From positions 204,662,001 through 204,726,000 of the forward strand of contig OX597814.1 of NCBI GenBank assembly GCA_951406725.2: a DNA stretch of 64,000 bases. The letters are read 5' to 3'. The DNA is from Octopus vulgaris. Its lineage: Eukaryota. Below are positions 40,812 through 52,332 of the stretch, piece by piece; the stretch's first letter is position 1, and each line of letters starts with the position of its first letter. The notes under the pieces are model-generated. The model was not told the origin of the DNA, did not search any database, and saw nothing but the letters and a program-made list of their open reading frames with translations. Made by a program: the position numbers and the translations under genes.

Positions 40812-41347
40812 TCGGGGTCAACATTGGGGGGGGGGGGGTCTACCCAGTCTAGATAAACTCCGCATCTCCATATCATTCAAAGCGGGACCGAAATGTTGCT
40901 GTAGTGGGTTTCCCAACCCCACAGGTCTTCACAGTCTGTCTTGCCGCCTAAATGCCGGTCGCTCCGCTCGTCACACCAAGTTAAACCTAATCATTAAGCG
41001 GGCCCTGGCTCAGATTAATATCTCCTCAGTTCTGAAGCCGTTGGGGTTATCCAGACACTAGCGTAGCTAGACTGTTTGTCGCCCCCTGACCCCACAAAAA
41101 ACATATTGCCTACAGCAGACCCAAAAGTAGTGCCCCTTTAAAAGTGCGGCCATACACTAGCTACGCTTGTGTATGCAGAAGTGATGGAAAGATATCAGAT
41201 GATCTTACCCTCTGTCTCTGGATTAGAGGTAGGTGCCTGATTTGAGGCGCTACAGTCTGCGACACTTTTGCTCACTCCCACATCCTGGATGCTCCTGTTA
41301 ATAGGAGGGTCACCGCTTCCATAGATGAACGGGGGAAAACCCTGAAG
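40812..41347 (+). mobile_element. Inverted second copy of the same CRE-like fragment
   Basis: HSLSCRLNAGRSARHTKLNLIIKRALAQINISSVLKPLGLSR; nucleotide-level reverse complement of ~40200-40612. Confidence 0.75.
41056..41171. mobile_element. hAT-type MITE (116 bp)
   Basis: 15-bp TIRs CACTAGCGTAGCTAG / CTAGCTACGCTTGTG; 8-bp TSD TAT(C/G)CAGA at 41048-41055 and 41172-41179. The inverted paralog shows the empty site. Confidence 0.8.
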
Positions 41348-41732
41348 TAACTATCTCGGATCAAAACGACATAGTCGATTGTGTATGATTGTTGTTCGAT
41401 CAAATTTTCTATATAGTTGATTGATCTATTCTTTTCATGTTGTTTGACAAAAGACACGAAATAATCTTTAAAAAGACAAACTTGTTGAAACTTGAGTTGA
41501 CATTAAGAATCTAAACTCCGGACGTGCTGCTTGCCTGATTGTTGCTATATATACAAAACGCAAGCAATTTCGAAAGCAAACATATGCAACTTGTAAGAAA
41601 TACGAGGAGGGAAAAATGAATTCTAAATTATCTGGAAAATTACGTTTTATAAACGTTGTTGTAGCATTGCTTGTTCTACATATTTACTCTGCTTTGTCAC
41701 TCGACACGACGGTCATGTATTATTTAACGTGA

Positions 41733-42101
41733 GAGGCGCAATGGCCCAGTGGTTAGGGCAGCGGACTCGCGGTTTCGATTCCCAGACCGGGCGTTGTGTG
41801 TGTTTATTGAGCGAAAACACCTAAAGCTCTACGAAGCTCCGGCAGGGGATGGTGGTGATCCCTGCTGTACTCTTTCACCACAACTTTCTCTCACTCTTCC
41901 TGTTTCTGTTGTACCTGTATTTCAAGGGGCCGGCCTTGTCACTCTCTCTGTCACGCTGAATATCCCCGAGAACTACGTTAAGGGTACACGTGTCTGTGGA
42001 GTGCTCAGCCACTTACACGTTAATTTCACGAGCAGGCTGTTCCGTTGATTCGGATCAACTGGAACCCTCGTCGTCGTAACCGACGGAGTGCTTCCATCCA
42101 C
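41733..42101 (+). mobile_element. tRNA-headed SINE (head D + tail Y), CpG-rich, with 12-bp TSD
   Basis: TSD TATTTAACGTGA at 41721-41732 and 42102-42113; head shared with the 30418 copy. Confidence 0.85.
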
Positions 42102-42653
42102 TATTTAACGTGACCGACATTTGGGGAATACTTCATCATTGTATTTCAATAAATGATTAATATTTACTATATTCATAGGCTACGGTGTGATCTGGTTCAA
42201 TGTAGAAATTAATACGAAACAGGATTCACTGAACGTACGAGACATTATATAAAAAAAACATCAGGAAAAAAGGGCACCTCCAAAGTTTTTGTGTAAGATA
42301 AAGGTTGTAGTTGTTCGTGATTGTCCGATGTCATCAACTGCAGAAAGTGCTCAAAAGTTGGTGGCTGTTTGTAAATAAGAATGGTATGGCTGAACTGGTA
42401 TCAAGTAATTTGATGATTTCTGTTTTAAAAATCTCAGAAGTTGTTAAGTTTATAAATTTGATCCAGAGCACATTGAATTCAACAAACAGAATCGCTAAAT
42501 TTTCGAAAATTATTTTAAAGGCACCAACATTGAATGTCATTGCCATAAACAGTGAGGATAGGGCTAATGAGATAAGGCAAACAAATTACTCCCTACTATT
42601 TTAAAAGGGGGGACACGGTGGGCAATGTCCTTGATATACAGTGATTTAGTTGG

Positions 42654-42887
42654 GGTACTACTTAAGAAGAGTGGTCCCGGTGCGCGTATTCGCGCTAGCT
42701 GGCCGTGACTAGTCGATCCTTACTTTGTGTTTTTGTTTTATTTACTTTGTTTAGAAAAATTATTTACTTTGTGTAAAAAAATTATTTTGTGTTTTATTTA
42801 CTTTGCTAGGTAGTCGTTGTAGAATCGACTAGTCACGACTAGCTTGCGCGAGTGCGCGCACCGGGACCACTCTTCTTAAGTAGGACC
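42654..42887. mobile_element. MITE with ~65-bp GC-rich TIRs and 9-bp TSD (Mutator- or Merlin-like)
   Basis: GGT(A/C)CTACTTAAGAAGAGTGGTCCCGGTGCGCG... at both ends; TSD TTTAGTTGG at 42645-42653 and 42888-42896. Confidence 0.9.
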
Positions 42888-43131
42888 TTTAGTTGGTACG
42901 TTTAATGCAGCGTACATTAAAAAAGGCAGCTTGAAATAATTATGCAGCGAGAAAAAAAAAATTTAGTCAGTGGTCGCAACTGTTTTGATCTTCCGCCCCT
43001 TCAAGTATGGGAGATAATTTTGGACATGTGTTGGTCTTCATCTGAACTTATCAATGATGGAAAGTTTTCACCAATGCAGTGAAGAAATAATCTTAACAGT
43101 CGTATATTTACCAGTGTAGGAAAATAGAATT

Positions 43132-43428
43132 GGATCTTTTCACTTTGACCGGCAGATTTTTAAAATAATTTCTTTGTAACTAAACACTTTTAAACTTCGT
43201 ATACTGGTAGCAGTAATTGTATTCACCTCAATAGACGTCATTGATTGGTTGAAATTGCCGAAATAGGAGAAATTAAACAAGAAATAGCTTACAAACTACA
43301 GAATTTTCTCAAGAACGTCAAGAGAAAAGCATGTTTTATGTGACACATTCTACCAGTATACGAAGTTTAAAAGTGTTTAGTTACAAAGAAATTATTTTTA
43401 AAATCTGCCGATCAAAGTGAAAAGATCC
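43132..43428. mobile_element. MITE with ~80-bp TIRs (GGATCTTTTC...) and 8-bp TSD
   Basis: Near-perfect TIRs; TSD ATAGAATT at 43124-43131 and 43429-43436. Confidence 0.9.
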
Positions 43429-45388
43429 ATAGAATTAATTAAATAATGCAGAGACGCCATTCACTTGAAAAAACACTGAAGTTGCTCTTAGTATATTCAA
43501 TTCAAGAAGTAAGTAGAAAGCTAACTTGAAATATGCAACAAAGAAAACGTATCTGGTCTTCCATTAAAACGTATCACTTTCCCATTGCCAAATTATAGCT
43601 GATATCAATTTGTATGATGGCAAAACTGTCAGAAAAATATATTATGGAAACATAAGCGTGGCTGTGTGGTAAGAAGTTTGCTTCCCAACGACATGTGTCC
43701 GAGTTCAGTTCAATTGCGTGGCACCTTGGGCAAGCGTCTTTTACTATAATCTCGAGCTGACCAAAGCCGTGTCAGGGGATTTAGTAGATGGAAGCCTGTC
43801 GCGTGTGTCTCTTTGTACAACTTGACAACCGGTGTTGGTGTATTTACGTCCACATAACTTAGCAATAGAATAAGTACCAGACTTCAAATAAATAAATAAA
43901 ATATAAGTACTGGGGTTGATTCGTTTGACTATAAAATTCTTCAGGGCGTTGCCCCAGCATGGCCGCAATCTAACGACAGAGCCAAATAAAAGATAAAGAC
44001 TCCCCCGCCCCACGAAAACAACATAATTATTTCTGTAAAGGAATTTGCTTTCTTTTAATTTTATTTCTGTCAATCCGAGGTCCGCTCGGTTGTCCTAGGG
44101 AATATTTTTGGGTGAATTTAGAATTATTTTTCATGCTTTTTTACGTGGTTATAGAATTTTTTGGTGTTGTTTACTTTTACAAGGTAAACAATAACAGCAA
44201 CGAAATATAATTCAACCGGTGTCCGAGAATATCCGCAGTCCAAATGCTTGAAAAGCCAAATAACGAAAAATCACCCCCACCAAAAAAAAAAAAAACACAA
44301 CAAAATAAAAATTCGACAACTAAAATAAACAACGCAGATGCATCATCATCATCATCAACAACAACAACAAAATAAAAATAATTCAGCAACATAAGAATAA
44401 ACAACACATTCTGTAATTACATCCAAAATAACAGCATCTGAAAAAAACAGCATTGCATCTAAAATAAAATTCTTTTGCGGTCACACAAAGAATCTAGTAC
44501 CATCTACTCTTTGACAAAGTAAAAGCGGTACTTTATAATCAAGAACAACCCCGAAAAAGCCTGTTTAAATAAAAGACAAGGTGGTCATGTTTGGCAATAT
44601 TTTATCAAGTGTCCTCGATTCGGTCTGACTTTGGGTTGAAGAACAAGAATACAAGAATTGGTTTCGAAGGGAGATAACTGCCTTGGGGATTTTTTTTGCG
44701 TAAAGTAATTTAAATTTTACTTCTATACAACAATTTTTGCTGATATTAATTTTATTATCACTTGCTTCAATTTCTTCAACCCTTGTGGTTAATAAAGGAA
44801 GCATAAATGTTACTATTATAATCTGGAAAGGTGATCACAAAATTTATCAATAAATGCGTGACTATAATACTATAAAAAAATTCTCTCTTATTTTGTTCCT
44901 TGATCTGGTAACTTGGTGTCTCAATGATAAATTTTACCACATTATTACGATAACGAAACCAAAGTACAGATAACTATCTTCTGTGTCGAAATAATTTTTT
45001 TTTCTTTTCGTTAGTATCCTTTTTTTAAAAAAAAAATTATATGTAATTCCACAGTGTATCTTCTTTGATCTTCTTGTCAACTCTTGTGATTAATAAAGTA
45101 TTCAGAAGGCCTTCCTACATTTGATCCGGTTCTTGAAGTCTGAGTTCAGATTCCACCGAGGTCAACTTTGCCTTTCATCCTTTCGGGGTCGATAAAATAA
45201 AGTACCAGTTAAGCACGGAGGTTAATGTAATCGACCACCCAACTCCCTAAAAATTACTGGCGTTGTAGCTAAATCAGAGATAGTTATTAAGGCGGTGAAC
45301 TGGCAGAATCTTTAATGCGTCGAACAAAATGCTCAGCTGCATTTCTTCCGACTCTTTACGTTCTGAGTTCACATTCCGCCGAGGCCAA

Positions 45389-45508
45389 GGATCTTTACCT
45401 TTCAATTTTGTTTACAATAATGTTTTCTTTTGACACATTCTACCAGTATACGAAGTTTCAAATTGTTTAGTTAACTAGAAAATTCCGTCTATCAAAAGGA
45501 AAAGATCC
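45389..45508. mobile_element. Internally deleted GGATC-family MITE inserted in a family A SINE
   Basis: GGATCTTT...AAAGATCC ends; TSD GAGGCCAA at 45381-45388 and 45509-45516; the SINE sequence resumes after it. Confidence 0.85.
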
Positions 45509-46099
45509 GAGGCCAATTTTACCTTTCATTTTTTCGGGGTCGATATATGGAAGTAACACTCAAGCTCTGGAATCGATGTAATCGACGAGCCCCTCCCCTA
45601 AAATTGCCGGCCTTGTGCCAAAATTTAAAGAATTATTATTATTCTCGTCTAGGGACCCTCAATTCCAAGAATTCCTTACCAGTTACATAGTTTCCATATA
45701 AGGACCTTAAAGAAATTGTCCAAATACAAAGCATCTACGATTTACGATTTTGTACTTCGAAAAATTTTAATACAAAATATAATATTCTTCTTTGGTGTTG
45801 AATTTAACTTGGTTTTGCATGTTTCTAGTCTGAAACAAATATGAGTAATAAACCTAGTTATTCAACGAAATATATGAGCAACATCTATTTTTGTTGGGAA
45901 AATCTCTTAAGTATTTTCACTTTTACTTTATTATTTTGTAATTATATTAGGTATATAAGCTCTAATTCGGAAGTATTTTATTGTTTAATTAGTAAGGATA
46001 TAAACATATATATATATATATATAATTATATAAAATGTTCCTTATAGACGTAAATTGTTATCGTAACAAACAATATTCAATTAATTTAATTCATTAATA

Positions 46100-47019
46100 T
46101 AATATAATTGGTAAAAGCAGAAAAAGAAGGCCAAACAAGAAACGGGAAATAACGGAAAATAACGGGATCGAACGATTCTAGTTTTGTTTTCATTGTAAAG
46201 GCGACGCTAGGAATTCTGGGTAATCTTAATCTGTTCACTCTAATGGCGGTGTAGCTTTCTTGGAAGTTCGAGTTGTGGGTTTTTTGACGACTGTTGTTAG
46301 GAAATAGCTTGAAGTATATGCTTTCTATTTGAACAAGGGACATTCTCTGAAACGGCTGCTATATATATGTGTGTATATTGACTGTGGTTTCTGGGCGTTT
46401 TTTTCTGCCAGACGAGATAATCCCAGCAAGTGTTCTGTTTATATTTTGCTTTTAAGTGACATTCTCTTGTCTCTGCCAAAACGACATCGCTGCAACATTT
46501 GACTGTGAATCTACCGACATCAATCACTGATCTATCTGCTCCACCGTTCCAACACGACAATATCTCTATTTCCAACCTGTTTGTCGATCATGCTATTGCT
46601 GAACACACAACTTTACTTACTCATGTCATCTTCATCACGGCATCCTTCTTGCTCTGTTTACGATAAACAAAAACTCACGAAAATTGCAACACTTCGGCGA
46701 GCATTTTGCGAAAATCAGTCTAGTTGTGTAAACACCATAAGTATATGTTATTGAAGTTTAACAGGGAACATCACAGACTCTATATTTTCTTTTGGAAATC
46801 TCAGTTACAACAACAAAACTGCCATATTCTGCCACTTCTCATTCAACAGTATCAAAGCATTCTTCACCTGTTTGGCGCCACTAAACAACAATCTCTTTCT
46901 AAATATACATCGCAGATATCTTCATCGACGTCTTTATCGTTGGGATTGATTTCTGTTTGAATCTGCTCTGGTTGCATAACGTATAAATAAAGCCGGATTT
47001 CATTAAACAGTGATTCAAG
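46100..47019 (+). promoter_or_regulatory. Probable MAF1 promoter and 5' leader region
   Basis: ~0.9 kb of repeat-free, CpG-retaining DNA directly upstream of the ATG; YY1-like TAATGGCGG at 46241-46249. TSS and any UTR intron cannot be fixed from sequence. Confidence 0.45.
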
Positions 47020-47102
47020 ATGAAGCTTTTGGATAATTCCAAATTTGAGGCCATCACTTCCAAACTGTCGATGACCCAGGAGAATTGTCAAATAGATGGA
47101 AG
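47020..47102 (+). CDS. MAF1: Repressor of RNA polymerase III transcription MAF1, coding exon 1
   Basis: MKLLDNSKFEAITSKLSMTQENCQIDG(R)|gtaagc, cf. human MKLLENSSFEAINSQL...IIGR; 83 nt, phase 2. Too short for the ORF track. Confidence 0.95.
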
Positions 47103-49164
47103 GTAAGCCTGTTCTGTCTCTCTCTCTCTCTATATATATATATATAACATTTTGTGTGGCTGTTTGTTTCTATCGTTTTGTACTTTAAGAAACAGAGTAT
47201 TCTGTGAATATGTGACTATGGAAACAATTAGCTACAATTTTCAATGGAATTTCGTTTAGTTTTGGTAAAAGAAGACGGAATTGGGATCTAAGGAGTGAAC
47301 ATGAAATAACTTGGGGAATCGAATCTAATTTTGGATTCAGTTTTATAGGAAAGAGGTGTGTATATGTGTAAGTATATATATATAGGCGCAGGAGTGGCTG
47401 TTTGGTAAGTAGCTTAAAGAAGCCTGTCGTATATATGTATATATATATAAGTGTGTGTGAATATGTTTGTGTGTCTGTTTGTTCCCCTAGCATTGCTTGA
47501 CAACTGCTGCTGGTGTGTTTACGTCCCCGTCACTTAGCGGTTCGGCAAAAGAGACCGATAGAATAAGTACTGGGCTTACAAAGAATAAGTCCCGGGGTCG
47601 AGTTGCTCGACTAAAGGCGGTGCTCCAGCATGGCCGCAGTCAAATGACTGAAACAAGTAAAAAAAGAGTAAAAAGAGTATATATATATATGTGTGTGTGT
47701 GTATATATATATATATATGTGTGTGTGTGTATATGTGTATATATGTGTGTGTATATATAAGCTATCCATCATCGCTGTACGAAAACAATAATAGCTACGA
47801 CAGCTACAGCAACTCCTCTTTTCCGATGTAAAAACCCGAGTAAACATCAAACAATCCGGTTTATAAATACAACCTTGATGACCCACTTAAACTGTAAGAA
47901 AAACAGAAAATGTAACACTAAATATAAATAAAGCAGAAATATCACAAAATACATAAAATATAACGAAACCCGTCCAGTTTATTAATTTGTCGCCTCCTTC
48001 AAATTCGGAGAAGAAAGAAGTAAAAAAAAAAATAGAGATGTTGAGGTGTTCATACTTTATCAAAAGACATCACCAATGTATGATGATGACTCATTTAAAA
48101 CCATGGAAATATAACGATATTTTTGCATTCTCTTTCAATGAGTTAAACTGGAAAAAGTTAACATTTAATTATCTCTGACTAATGAAGCGAATGTTAAAAT
48201 AGTTTTGTTTTTTCCCCTCTCTCCCTTTGTCGTTTTATTTCTTATGGAAACTGGATTTTAATCCTTCTGATATATGATGACTGGTATAGCCTAATGTATT
48301 TTGTGTTGTCTTATAGATTGGGTTTGTTATTATTTTGTGTGTTTAGTTGTTTATATGCTGTGTGTGTTTAATGGATCGTCGAGGTATGGCATCAACGGAG
48401 TTTTTACTAAAATGTTTGCCTAAATAATAATTGTTTCTAGTAAAGTCACGAGGCCTGAAATTTGGGGGAGGGGACAAATCGATTGCACCGACCCCGCTGC
48501 TCTACTGCTACTTATTTTATCGACCGCGAAAGGATAAAAGGCGAAGTCGACCTCAGCGGAGTTTGAACTCGGATCGTAAAGACGGACGAAGTGCCTCTAA
48601 GCGGTGAACTAACTCTCCGGCCAGCTCGCCGCTCTGCTATAGGCACAAGGCCTGTAATATTGGGGGATGGTATAAGTCGATTACATCGACCCCCAGTAAT
48701 CAACTGTTACTTATTCCACGGCGGAATTTGAACTCAGAACGTAAAGACGGACGAAATGCCCTAAGCATTTTGTTCGGTCTTCTAACGGCCCTGCCAGCTC
48801 GAATAATTGTAATAATGATTTCAAATTTTAGCACAAGGCCAGCAATATCGTGGAAGGGGACAAATCAATTACATCGACCTCAGTGTTCAACTGGTACTTT
48901 TTTTATCGACCCCGAAAAGATGAAATACAAAGTCGATCTCGGTGGAATTTGAACTCAACGTAAAGACGGACGAAATGCTGCTTAGCATTTGGTTCGGCGT
49001 GCTTGACGATTCTGCCAGCCCGCCGCCTTAATAACAACAATAATAAAACGAGTTGTTGCTGTTGCTTGTCTGTTATTGTTATTTTCTTTGCTCGATTTAT
49101 CCATTTATACCCTACCATGGCTAACTAATGCATACATACATGCAGAAAAACTTAGGTAAAACTT

Positions 49165-49385
49165 AGATATGTTTCGACCAAAGATTGGTCCAGGCCATGT
49201 CTAACTTAATAGGATTATCTAAATCCTGTTTAAGTCGAGCTTTGTTTGTGATCTATTCAAGTAGTGAGTTCTTGTTGAGTGAGTTGTATCCAGGTATGGG
49301 TGGCTTATCTGGTATTCCTTGAAGAAATCTGTCCAGACTCCGTTTAAAGGTGATGGGATCCTTTTCTTCTTTGATCGCTTTGGTT
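49165..49385 (-). mobile_element. LINE 3' end (CR1/L2-group-like)
   Basis: Minus-strand IKEEKDPITFKRSLDRFLQGIPDKPPIPGY...NSLLE*, resembling invertebrate LINE ORF2 C-termini, followed by a short 3' UTR. Confidence 0.6.
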
Positions 49386-49572
49386 GAACGAACAAACCAG
49401 GTATTTGCGATTCTGTACATGAATACATGTATTATATATGTACATACACACGTATATATTTTCTTTTTAATCGGGAGACACAAATTATCAAGTACCATGC
49501 ACGAAACTTGAGTCGCTTTTGTAACTTTCAACCGAAACAATACGCACAACACTTTACAGAATACCTCTGAGA

Positions 49573-49634
49573 AAGGCATGAACAGCACAACTACTCTTAT
49601 GCCAAGGCATGAACAGCACAACTACTCTTATGCC
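49573..49634. repeat. Perfect 31-bp tandem duplication
   Basis: AAGGCATGAACAGCACAACTACTCTTATGCC x2. Confidence 0.9.
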
Positions 49635-50104
49635 ATAACGCTTTGGATTTCATTGAAACGGCCAAGAAACTTTCTCTTTGGAATAGCTAAACCTTCCATA
49701 TTCTAAGAAACCATCTTTTTCTGTTTATTATTTTTGTTCCATTCAACAGAGATTTCGATTCTGAAAAAGGTTTTCCAAACATTTCGATTTCATGCATCTG
49801 TACCCCTTTCCTTTCACGCTTCCCATACCCTTGTCCTTTCCTCTGAGATTATTAATCATCCCAAATGGGATAACGGCCAAAGTTGCTTTAGGTCAGTGCT
49901 TCTCAACCGGGGTCCACATAAAACTTTATTGTTACAATTGAATGTGCAATAAAATCGGTTATACTTCTACAATACTTAAAATATTTTAACTTTTATTTTT
50001 TATACATAATCATAATCATCATTTATTATGGTAGTTTTGACTTTGAGTCCCTCATAGCGTGAGGCATTTACTTGTAGTAAATGCCCTTAATATAATATAA
50101 TATA

Positions 50105-50179
<75 letters not shown>

Positions 50180-50576
50180 GAGTACATTTCCTAATATCTC
50201 CATGTCTCTTTTTTTTAAGTAGTTAGGGTATGATATGAGAGATTGAACTGTTATCTCTAACAGAACAAGCTACCATCACATTTACAGACGTCACTCGACA
50301 CTATCAAAGCTTATTACTCATTTTGCCGTTTTCCTATGCGGAAATCTAATAATAATTGTGGGAAAGCCCAACGAAAGTGAAAGCAAAAAATTTACCGGCA
50401 GAAAATCCCCTGGGAAAAAAACATTTTTACCTAAGTGAAAACTACTTAAGTACCAAGGTCGACCTACATTACCCAATATGCGCAATTCAATTTTCCCCGA
50501 AACGAAAAACGACTGAATTGAGGGCTGTTCGGCTGATATCTCTATCAAATCAAGGATTATGTAAAACCGTTTTCTA

Positions 50577-50615
<39 letters not shown>

Positions 50616-52332
50616 GTATCCGAACTTTAAAACTGTAATGGTATGATGCGAAGAATTTGGTTGTTACTTCTAGCTAGTCGAACGACCATTTAGAAGCTTC
50701 CCTCATTTTAGATGAGTGAATCAGTAATGTTTATGCGTTCCGATATTAGGGGCGTGGTTCTTCTGTAAATAACAACTGTGTGTTCGTGTTTACACCAAAA
50801 ACTCGGCATTTGTTTATCATTTGTTGCCGGATTTTGTGACTGTTGCATACTGGTCTTTATCATTGTTGAAGACGACATACGATAGTGATGAACATGTTCT
50901 AGTGTGTGTGTATGTGTTGTGCTCACGAATCCGAGGTGGCTTTTAGCCCTAGGTCGCCATGGTCGAACAGACCTATGTCGTGTAGGTGACCGGTTGAAAT
51001 AAAATATTTTCCCGCCTAGTTGAATATCACAAAGGCTAGGTTTATTTTATGGCGATACGGGGTGGGGTATAATGTAGCAATCTGGACATGTCGCCTACTT
51101 GGCTGTCCCACTGACCAGTCTGTTCCTGTTATGCCTGTAAATTCTGCTTGTGGTCAGAGAGGAGGTGGGTAAGGTGGGGGGGGGGGGCGCCATAGTGACG
51201 CGACAGTTGTTCTTTTGGGTCTATCTTGTAGTGGAAACTAGTCTAATTGGGGTTATTAACAACTGCTGTTATAGTCGTGCGTGTGTGCGAATAGTTTATT
51301 TGTTTATCTTTCACTTGTTTCAGTCATTCGACTGTGGCCATGATGGGGCACCACCTTGAAGAATTTTAATCAAATGGCTTAACCCCAGTACCGCCTTTTT
51401 CTAAGCCTGGTTTGGCAAAAGAGATTGATAGAACAAGTACCAGGCTTCTACTAAAATAAGCACTGGCTTCTACTAACATTTTTCAAGGCAATGCCCCAGC
51501 ATGGCCATAGTCTAATGTTTGAAACAATTAAAAGATAAAGATCTGCTCGATCTTATCTGACCTTGGGTTAAACAACAGCAGAGGGACTTGATCATTGAGA
51601 ATAAATGTCTTTCCCATGGTGACATGATACAAACTATTGTCCCTCTGGCTGATAAGTCATCACCTGATTGACTTGACCATCTGTGACTCAAGCATAACTC
51701 TCAAGGAATGAACTACAGCTTAAACTTTGTATTGATAAAACAACTATTTTCATAGACATCTGTTGTAGTAGTAGCAGCAGCAGTTTAAAACTGGAGTTTG
51801 AACCTGGATTTCATCATCATCATCATCATCATTTAGCGTCCGCTTTCCATGCTAGCATGGGTTGGACGGTTCAACTGGGGTCTGTGAAGCTGGAAGGCTT
51901 CGTCAGGCCCAGTCAGATCTGGCAGTGTTTCTACGGCTGGATGCCCTTCCTGACGCCAATATATTTATATTATTTTAAATTTAACTCCATCATCAGTTTT
52001 AACTTGCTTTTTTATTCACATGCAATTTTTAATTTCAGCTTTAAAAAATTATTAGATTCAATTCCCAAACCACAGCATTTGGTTCTAACATGTGTGTGTG
52101 TGCATGCACACACACACACAGTGTCTTGCCCATCTCTAAACATATCCCTTCACACTCTCATTGAACATTCCCCTATATCCTCTCTGTACTTCTTATACTC
52201 AATCCTCAGGTCTCTTTTGCCGAACTGCTAAGTTACGGGGACATAAACACACCAGTATCAGTTGTCAAGTGATGTTGGGGGACAGACACAGACGCACAAG
52301 CGTATACACACACACACACACACACACATATA

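Noticed and set aside
46864-47091. Acidic/Cys ORF antisense to the MAF1 start
   Set aside because: It overlaps MAF1 exon 1 on the opposite strand, has a non-ATG start, and shows no recognisable domain.
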